From the IMG/VR virus record IMGVR_UViG_3300027734_000045, positions 1 to 64,000 of that record: a stretch of 64,000 nt of DNA; one strand, written 5' to 3'. This stretch comes from a virus. Positions 57,601 through 64,000 of the stretch are shown piece by piece. Below the pieces are notes generated by a model. The model was not told where the DNA came from and did not search any database. It saw only the letters and a program-made list of their open reading frames with translations. Made by a program: the position numbers and the translations under genes. The stretch's first letter is position 1. The number at the start of each line of letters is the position of its first letter.

Positions 57601-60600
57601 GTCAGCGCCGCTGGACGAAGGTTGAAGCAGGTAAGCGAACTACAGTTCTGCTAAACGGTGATGGCTGGAGAGTTAATCACCAAAGCAACGTAGACCCAGC
57701 AACTGGAACCTGGAACGACTCGCAAATGCAGTCGATAGACCACGACTCAGAAAAGAGTTCCAGCGCCGACGACGTGTTTAAGAACGCGGCTGACACCCAC
57801 GAAACTCTCGGAGCCAAGGAAGAGCTTCCAATCGACGAGAGTGCTGTTGCCGCTGACGTAGCCGCAGAAGTTAAGGAGCTTAGCGACAAGCAAAAAGAGC
57901 CTGCCACCGATAAGCAGCGCGCGTTTGTTGATAGTCTTCTTGCCAACCCAAAGGTTCCAGCCGACGTAAAGAGTGACATCGAGTCTAAACTTGCCGCAAA
58001 GCCAGACATGAACAAGGCAGAGATTGGCGAGATTATTGGTGCCCTAAAGAAGCTCCCTGGCTCAGACGCACCTACCAGTAAGATGCTCAACTCAGTAAAG
58101 CGCGAGCTCATCGCACGTGGCGTTCCAGTCAACGAGGCGAATGAGACTAGAGCTAACCTAGACGGCATGAGCAAGAGCGAGGTCTCAGACCTAATCAGCA
58201 AGCTAAAGAGTAAGGACGATGCCGCAGGAGCTCAAGCAGCGGCTAACGGCTTTGTTGAGGCCACCACTCCAGAGGACCAGGCAGGCGGAGTTCGCAGGTT
58301 CAACCTACTTGGAAGTGACGATGAGCTTCTAGCTGCACTTACGCTAGACGGCGAAGGCTTCACCGTGAACCGCAAGGATGAGAACGGCGAGGACGACGAG
58401 TTGTTCCTTGGTCGCAACCTAGGTAGCTTTGAGAGAATCGCAAACGCGGCTAAGGCTGCGCAGGACCTAAAGAACACAGACGTCACTAAGACTCCTGGAT
58501 TCGACAGTGAGTCAGACAGAGAAAAGAAGATTGCTACGGCTACGTACAACAGACCTGGAGACAGTGGCACCTGGATGGAGGGCAAGACTCCAGATGGACA
58601 GCGCGGTTGGTCGTACTACGATGCCGATGGAAATGTTACTGAGGTAACTGAAAATCCCGATGGCTCATTTACTAGACGCAGCAGCGACGCCCCTGAGCCT
58701 GTCACCTTTGATAGCGTAGACGAGGCGTTCTCGCTTGACAGTAAGCCAAGCGACACTGGCAGTAAGATGTCAGACTTCCAGGACGACTTTGACGACATAA
58801 TCGAGGCGGTTCAAGGACTAGACTTGTCAGGAGACGATGAGTCAAGCGACGACACTCCTGCGTCAGACCTAAAGAACTACGTGTCTAATCAAGTTACGCA
58901 AGCGGAAGAGCTCATCAAGAAAGGTGACCTTCTCTCCGCGCAGGCCTCGCTGGCCCTTGCCGCGGCTGACGCAAACGATTCAGACGTCCCTGGAGCAGAT
59001 GAGCTAGGAGACGCGCTGAACAACGCAGCTAAGTCGATAGCTGACATTAGAGAAGCGCAAAAGGCACTTGGCCAAGGTAGTGGCGGCGGAGATGAGCCTC
59101 CAAGCACTAACGCTCCTTCGTCTGCAGGCGACGACGACTTTGAAAACAACGTACGTGACGTCTCTGGCGACATCATGAGCATAGGCGAGGAACTAGACAA
59201 GAACCTCAAGAGCTCTGCGATAAACGCCATAGAAGAGCGCGAGGTTGCAGACGGTAGAACTATTCTAAAGAACGCAGAAGACTCAATGGGTCAGGCGCAG
59301 GAGGCACTTGCCGCTGGAGACACTGAGACTGCAAGAAAGCTTATCGACCAGGCAGCTAGTCAACTAGCCGACGCGTCAGACGTCTTCGAAAACATCTTGG
59401 ACCAGTCCGATGAAGGCAAGGCGGTAAGAAAGCTTGGAAAGAGTGCCGGTGACCTCGCTCTTAAGATAAGAGAAACTCTTCTTGATGGACAACCGCGAGG
59501 CGGAGGATCTGCCGGTGACAGAATCTTTGGCAAGGCTGGAATCTCCGATGACAGAATCATGCAGGCCATGGAGGACGTTGACGACTGGGTGGCATCCGAG
59601 AAAGGCAACGAGGTTTCTGGATGGGATAACAAGGTAGGCAACCTAGACCAGATGATTTCTAGTTTCAACGACGAGCCAGAGGCGCGCATGCAGAAGACCG
59701 CAGAGGCTCTGTACGAGCTAGGTCGTGAACTTGAAGACAATGGCTACAAGGATTCTGCGAACACCTTGTTCGACATGTCCAAGGCACTTTCAGACGAGTT
59801 CTACGGTGACTCTGACGAAGACGAAGACGAGACCTCCACTTCAGGCACTGCAGAGTACGCGCCGGCGACAGACTGGACTCCTGCTGAGAACGGGTTTAAC
59901 TTTACTGGCGGAGATGAGCCGGGAGAGGTCTCAGCAGCCTTAGCTAAAAAGAAGAAAAAGGTAGAAGACCTTATCGCAGATGGCGACTACGGAGGCGCGC
60001 TAGACGAGCTCTTCGACGGAGCGGCGAGCATTCCAATGAGCCGCGCCATGGAAGACGACCTCTCTGGATCGTACGACGGCATTCAAGATGGAGACGTCTT
60101 CTACCAAAACGCCGATACCATAGTCTATAAAACCAAGGATGGTCGCTGGAGAGTCTACTCTAAAGACGAGACGGACGGGTTTATCGACACCGGAGAGCCT
60201 GCCACTGACCAACTAGCCGACGAGCTTCTTAAGGAGATGATGGCGCCAAAGAGTGATTGGACACAGGCAAGATTCTATGACCCTCGCCTAAATGACTTGT
60301 TCCACGCCAACAACGCGCCTGGCCCGAGCGGAAACCCAGCTAACCACACGAGTACTCCTAACTACAAGATTAGCTTCGACGGTCTTCGCATGCCAGACGA
60401 CTGGGCAGGTGACCTTGGTCTTCCTGAAAAGGGCGAGGAAGAAGAACCTTACTCTGACGGTGAACTAATCGACACCTGGCTAAAAAATAACGGTCTAGAT
60501 GAGCTTGGCGTAAAGTGGGACCCAAGCTCAACAGAGACTACGTTTGGCGGAGCAAACGTCAACTTTGAGATTCCTGAAGGTGCCAAGGACAAGTTTGGCG

Positions 60601-63600
60601 AGGCCTACTATGGAGAAGGTGCCACCTGGAAGGACCTCGAAGACGACGAGATTCCAGAGGCCATCGAAGGCGGAGAACCCTCTTCATCAATCTATTCAGA
60701 CACCGAGAAAGCTGCGATGAATCGCAATATCGGCGACAGCGTAGTAGTAGTTGGTAAGAAGGGCAAGGAGAAGCCTGGAAAGATTATCGGCGTCGTACCT
60801 AGTTCTATCGGACAGTACATAGTAGAGCACGATGATGGAAGCACCTCTCTTCCTTGGTACTTTGACCTCAAGCCAGAAGGCGCAGAAACTCCTTCCGCTG
60901 ACAAAAAGCCTACAGAGGCCAGATTCAACGGCAAGATTGGCGACAGCGTAGTAGTAGTTGGTAAGAAGGGCAAGGAGAAGCCTGGAAAGATTATCGGCTA
61001 CGTACCTGGCTCAATCGGGCAGTACATCGTAGAACACGATGACGGAAGCTCCTCTCTTCCTTGGTACTTCGACATGAAGGCAGACGGCTTAGAAACTCCT
61101 TCCGCAGATGGAGAAGGTACTACAACCTCTCCAGCAGAAACTGAGAAACCTAAAAAGGGTAACCAGATTGGCGAACGTATCGTCGTGATTGGTAAGAAGG
61201 GCAAGGAGAAGCCTGGAAAGATTATCGGCTACGTACCTGGCTCAATCGGGCAGTACATCGTAGAACACGACGATGGAACAACATCTCTTCCTTGGTCCTA
61301 CGAAACTAAACCTGAAGGTGGAGAAACTAACCTAGGCTCAAGCGGCAGAAGCTCCGAGCAAGTGGCTAGAGACGCAGAAAACGCTAAGAAGACTGCGAAC
61401 GAGCTTGCCGCGGAGTGGAACAGCAAACCTTTCCCTATCGCAGACCCAGACAGTCTTGCCAGTGAAGAGTCTCTCACTAAGATGAGAAACATACTGCTAG
61501 ACGGCGCAACCAACTCTGATTACTTTGGTCCAGCGTTGAAGGCAATAGACGACCCAAATCTGTCAGGCACCGAGAAACTACAAAGAATCGCTGACGCGCT
61601 AACTGAACGTGGAGTTGGCTCTGATGGAAAAGGCGTCGACCTCCCTAATGCAAACCCTGGACTTCCTCTAAACGGAGACTACTCTGGAAGAGAAAAGGCC
61701 TTGTGGGCTAAGTCAAACATAACAAGGGCGCTAAATCTAAATGGAATTTTCTCTACCAAGGAAAAAGAAGCAGGAAAAGATAAGCTAAGTCCTAGGCTAC
61801 AAAAAATCGTTGACGCAGAGCTAAAGAAGCGCAGTGAAGGTGACGAGGGCAACGAAGGTACAGGTGGTGTCGACCCAAAAGTACCAAGCCCTAGTAAGCC
61901 AGGGGGAGGTGGCGCAGAGGCTAGTACCAGCGAAAACTCCTCGCCGGAGCTCACGTCAAAGGTAGAAGGAACAAACGCGCAGCTCACAAAGCGCTTTGCC
62001 TCTCGCGACGAACGAGACGCCTGGCTAAAAAGCATTCCTAAAGGAGCAGAGGCCGGAATTGCAATATCTATATCCAGCCCGACTGACTTTGATTTTTACA
62101 ACAAAAAGCGTGAACACTACGAAGTAAAAATCGACTTCGACACGCGCACCGAGGGGCTAGGCGTGCCTAAGGGGTTAGGCGCAGGTAGAAAGAAGGCTAT
62201 CGAGTGGGCCGAAAAGGAAGGATTCGATCTCTCTGAGGGAGAGCACAGCAGCGAATCCCTGGTTCCAAAGGTTAACGTTGACGACAAGATTACAATGTCC
62301 AACATTAGATTTGATGACAAGATCGACCAAGCCGAAAAGATTGAGGCTAAACTAAAGCCTGGAGAAGAAAAGGACTCAGCGAGACTTAGAATTAAGTTGG
62401 CTAGAGACAAGATTTCTAAGGCAAGAAAGGCTCGCCTAGACGGAGACCTCGAGGAAAGCGAAAAGCTAACTGAGGAGGCCTCGGCCGAGCTAACCGCGAT
62501 GGCTGAGGACATAGAAAAATACATGGTTAGCCCAAAAAGCCAAGACGCTAAGTATGGATTAAAGAACAAAGAGATACGAGAAGACGCAGCAAAGCTAGCC
62601 AAAGCAGTCGAAGCAGTTACGGCAAAAAGTAGAATAGCCTTTGCTGAAGAAAAAGAGGCTAAGTCGACTGAGTCTTCTGCATCTAGCTCAAGTACCATAA
62701 CAGGCGACAAGTACAAGAAACTTATCGACAACGCGTACGAAAAGTACGACCCGGGAGTAGCTCAGCACAGCTGGGACACAAAGGGAATTGGCGAGTCAAT
62801 CATGTCTCACCTTACCGGGATAGCTGACGACATCAAGTCAGGCAAGGAACTAGACGCCAAGGACGCCGCAAAGAAGATGCGTCAGCTTGCCTCGATGTAC
62901 AACGAACTTGCTGACGCAGCAACTGGCAGTGAGGGAGAAGATGGAGCTGAGTGGAGCACAGACGACTCCTCGATACAGGACCTTATCCAAGGTGCCCAAG
63001 AACTTGAGAAGCAGGCTGACCTGCTTGACCCTAAGGCGGTCGATAGCCCAAAAGCTGAAGCGCCTAGCGAACCTGACAGCGGTGAAACACAGGAGCCTAT
63101 TTCAGTAGACAGTGTACTTACAGATGGAAGTTTAGCCAGCAAAATTACAAAGAACGCAGACATGGACGCAGCTGAGCTCGAGCAGCTGAGCACCAGAATA
63201 GCTAAAGAGTTAGAGAACAATCCTCAACTAGCCGCGGTGCTAAAGCTTAGTGGAGATAGTCCTATTCTTAGCGCCCTTGAAGAACTAAACTCCTCTAATG
63301 GAGAGTCTTCACAAGGTTTAGAAGGCGACCTCAACGTTCTAAGAGACACCCTAGACTCTACAATAGAAGACAGCGAACTAATAGACTCGCTAACTAGGCT
63401 GCTAAAGAGCGTAGAAAAGAAAAACAACACCAAGAACCTAACTGGTTTTAAAAAGATTAGCGAGGCCAAGGGCTCTAACCCAGGTGGAATCTACGAGGAC
63501 CCTAAGACAGGCGAGCGCTTCTACGTAAAGTTCCCTAAGTCAACACTTCATGGCGAAAACGAGGCACTTGCCTCAGCCATCTACGAAGAGCTAGGTGTAC

Positions 63601-64000
63601 GCTCAGTCAAGGTCGAGCAGGGAGAACTTGATGGCAAGCCTGTCACCTACACCAGGATGATAGACGGCGCTAAGAGTGACCTAAAGGATAAGCTATCAGA
63701 CAAGTTCTACATGAAGCAGCTGCAGGAAGGCTTTGCGGTTGACGCTCTTCTTGCCAACTGGGACGTGGCCGGCCTAGAGTACGACAACGTGGTATCTGAC
63801 GCAGAGGGACTTCCTGTTCGCGTTGACCCAGGAGGCGCGCTTCTGTTCCGCGCTCAGGGAACTCCAAAGACAGACGACCAGTTCAATGAAAACGTACCCG
63901 AGCTGGACACCTTTACCGACAAGAACAGCTCGCGTCCTGCCGCCAAGATATTTAGCTCGATGACTGCAAGTGAAAAGTTGGACTCCGCGGTAAAGCTTAG
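54690..64000 (+). CDS. Giant (>3100 aa) acidic virion-associated protein with internal repeats and a HipA/PI3-4-kinase-like domain, partial (runs off right edge)
   Basis: GTG overlaps the upstream TGA, and the same frame reads sensibly at both ends with no closed plus-strand long ORF in the track. QLRDP.TG.W near the N-terminus; GSNPGG.Y...YVK...NE.LA...ANWD..G...DN...VDPGG.L.FRAQG at 63471-63860. Confidence 0.85.
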   Translation, partial: MSIQNIVLPLSLRLRIAEIVSEKNNSVLAARQVPLTAAYVVARRAIALTASLDPSVEGYVAIKAVTAFTTLAIDGRTSLTASSGLDIYRDVLPIGHPEFSNAAVLPIKTLRAARAEWLAADPRIADEYRPLVASAFGATPGSLEQRHARARLDRVDSHSVPLDIVLAPLIAAARKIDIAALKARVADQLRDPHTGQWIEEGHFAMFDLKGPSGKIRKVFGQLVGGNDMLGYGEIHVTDDPDLGTGVVKVNKANITAVGGMLTDENLEKAGVDPQGKQRVYLNTDAQSLNDLAKTMDVAPSDWTWDANEDNSNGSKGAFISADGFKAVPVGEGGQNAKTFDIFDADDKPIETLQGEGWGNIQGGLQKIRQDMAKKVDAGKPATESTGTAQMIPAGKLQAGDKVDVAGKENTVVSVSKPYKYKVKPTDLKQTKSGYRNVVDVTLEDENGERVTKRWNPATEIQAIRPEGKEEAPAVEGEVEHGLSDTWTSVMNGALGKREQQLRDLEKSFPPDAAATAEMNELAAARARIKSGVVTEADLEKVKELLSQEDGADSLFTKPGSTISQIDKLLKYKFGKDGAPRSMSQESDDAGKTPIEPGQKVKGGVSDLLDDYDKELQKSGFDVGMRDGTWTSADGRLELSYEDDAWNVKFDGELAAKVTIWEEDENGKYYEPDDDSIYESIFDSLYGELTKDFTKEDYVDDMVSSGQRSIQEIKDLGKLPDESDEDFGARIKKLEDGLSSLESYIRSDDFKYLPDSMRTEAYGTYTPGTKASPMEQKLNSLLESARHAGYKSRELYLKDLFAKKKAEIDEASKATGPSPDAAAEGKVKAKNKAEAKGKMAEPATDAQKNYVKAMLKNPAVPDDVRSRIQADLDEQGDAINKNDIGLHIAELKNYPSKSLPTDKMYNSIQRELYARGASPEEVDKILADLPNMDKKQASDLIGSLKEKPDLAGEEATKNGFEETTNESDKYDGQRRWTKVEAGKRTTVLLNGDGWRVNHQSNVDPATGTWNDSQMQSIDHDSEKSSSADDVFKNAADTHETLGAKEELPIDESAVAADVAAEVKELSDKQKEPATDKQRAFVDSLLANPKVPADVKSDIESKLAAKPDMNKAEIGEIIGALKKLPGSDAPTSKMLNSVKRELIARGVPVNEANETRANLDGMSKSEVSDLISKLKSKDDAAGAQAAANGFVEATTPEDQAGGVRRFNLLGSDDELLAALTLDGEGFTVNRKDENGEDDELFLGRNLGSFERIANAAKAAQDLKNTDVTKTPGFDSESDREKKIATATYNRPGDSGTWMEGKTPDGQRGWSYYDADGNVTEVTENPDGSFTRRSSDAPEPVTFDSVDEAFSLDSKPSDTGSKMSDFQDDFDDIIEAVQGLDLSGDDESSDDTPASDLKNYVSNQVTQAEELIKKGDLLSAQASLALAAADANDSDVPGADELGDALNNAAKSIADIREAQKALGQGSGGGDEPPSTNAPSSAGDDDFENNVRDVSGDIMSIGEELDKNLKSSAINAIEEREVADGRTILKNAEDSMGQAQEALAAGDTETARKLIDQAASQLADASDVFENILDQSDEGKAVRKLGKSAGDLALKIRETLLDGQPRGGGSAGDRIFGKAGISDDRIMQAMEDVDDWVASEKGNEVSGWDNKVGNLDQMISSFNDEPEARMQKTAEALYELGRELEDNGYKDSANTLFDMSKALSDEFYGDSDEDEDETSTSGTAEYAPATDWTPAENGFNFTGGDEPGEVSAALAKKKKKVEDLIADGDYGGALDELFDGAASIPMSRAMEDDLSGSYDGIQDGDVFYQNADTIVYKTKDGRWRVYSKDETDGFIDTGEPATDQLADELLKEMMAPKSDWTQARFYDPRLNDLFHANNAPGPSGNPANHTSTPNYKISFDGLRMPDDWAGDLGLPEKGEEEEPYSDGELIDTWLKNNGLDELGVKWDPSSTETTFGGANVNFEIPEGAKDKFGEAYYGEGATWKDLEDDEIPEAIEGGEPSSSIYSDTEKAAMNRNIGDSVVVVGKKGKEKPGKIIGVVPSSIGQYIVEHDDGSTSLPWYFDLKPEGAETPSADKKPTEARFNGKIGDSVVVVGKKGKEKPGKIIGYVPGSIGQYIVEHDDGSSSLPWYFDMKADGLETPSADGEGTTTSPAETEKPKKGNQIGERIVVIGKKGKEKPGKIIGYVPGSIGQYIVEHDDGTTSLPWSYETKPEGGETNLGSSGRSSEQVARDAENAKKTANELAAEWNSKPFPIADPDSLASEESLTKMRNILLDGATNSDYFGPALKAIDDPNLSGTEKLQRIADALTERGVGSDGKGVDLPNANPGLPLNGDYSGREKALWAKSNITRALNLNGIFSTKEKEAGKDKLSPRLQKIVDAELKKRSEGDEGNEGTGGVDPKVPSPSKPGGGGAEASTSENSSPELTSKVEGTNAQLTKRFASRDERDAWLKSIPKGAEAGIAISISSPTDFDFYNKKREHYEVKIDFDTRTEGLGVPKGLGAGRKKAIEWAEKEGFDLSEGEHSSESLVPKVNVDDKITMSNIRFDDKIDQAEKIEAKLKPGEEKDSARLRIKLARDKISKARKARLDGDLEESEKLTEEASAELTAMAEDIEKYMVSPKSQDAKYGLKNKEIREDAAKLAKAVEAVTAKSRIAFAEEKEAKSTESSASSSSTITGDKYKKLIDNAYEKYDPGVAQHSWDTKGIGESIMSHLTGIADDIKSGKELDAKDAAKKMRQLASMYNELADAATGSEGEDGAEWSTDDSSIQDLIQGAQELEKQADLLDPKAVDSPKAEAPSEPDSGETQEPISVDSVLTDGSLASKITKNADMDAAELEQLSTRIAKELENNPQLAAVLKLSGDSPILSALEELNSSNGESSQGLEGDLNVLRDTLDSTIEDSELIDSLTRLLKSVEKKNNTKNLTGFKKISEAKGSNPGGIYEDPKTGERFYVKFPKSTLHGENEALASAIYEELGVRSVKVEQGELDGKPVTYTRMIDGAKSDLKDKLSDKFYMKQLQEGFAVDALLANWDVAGLEYDNVVSDAEGLPVRVDPGGALLFRAQGTPKTDDQFNENVPELDTFTDKNSSRPAAKIFSSMTASEKLDSAVKL
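60729..61300 (+). repeat. Three near-identical ~46-aa SH3/Tudor-like coding repeats
   Basis: IGD.VVV.GKKGKEKPGKIIG.VP.SIGQYIVEHDDG..SLPW at 60729, 60936 and 61167. Confidence 0.9.

Noticed and set aside
54685-63867. Numerous minus-strand and short plus-strand ORFs
   Set aside because: Ser/Leu/Phe-rich shadows of the single giant plus-strand ORF.

Overview
This window is a 64-kb slice of a large tailed phage, very probably infecting Actinobacteria. Host inference rests on WhiB, DUF3039, a ClgR-like HTH, a tmRNA tag ending FALAA, and DUF1360 next to the portal; a freshwater host is plausible but unproven. From left to right it holds: (1) a collagen-repeat tail-fibre gene running off the left edge; (2) class II B12-dependent RNR, FmdB-like and WhiB genes; (3) an RNA cluster with tmRNA, tRNA-Trp and atypical tRNA-like RNAs; (4) small paralogous ORFs, a serine recombinase, a DNA methyltransferase and thioredoxin; (5) a minus-strand operon with an M23 peptidase, a membrane protein and a PA14 coiled-coil protein; (6) a TerS-like gene and a degenerate CHAP gene; (7) a 7-unit hairpin repeat array; (8) a ~20-kb island of small-gene cassettes sharing one conserved promoter and one conserved leader, including a MoxR-type AAA/vWA pair; (9) TerL; (10) a second, minus-strand cassette island with CC-depleted low-complexity DNA; (11) the portal, a Dps-fused multidomain head-associated protein, and a >3100-aa giant ORF with a kinase-like domain running off the right edge. 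The best candidate for a new system is a cassette regulon of ~25 shared promoter/leader units plus intergenic hairpin RNAs whose loops are complementary to that shared leader and Shine-Dalgarno sequence. All calls come from reading motifs by eye; no database searches or folding programs were run.
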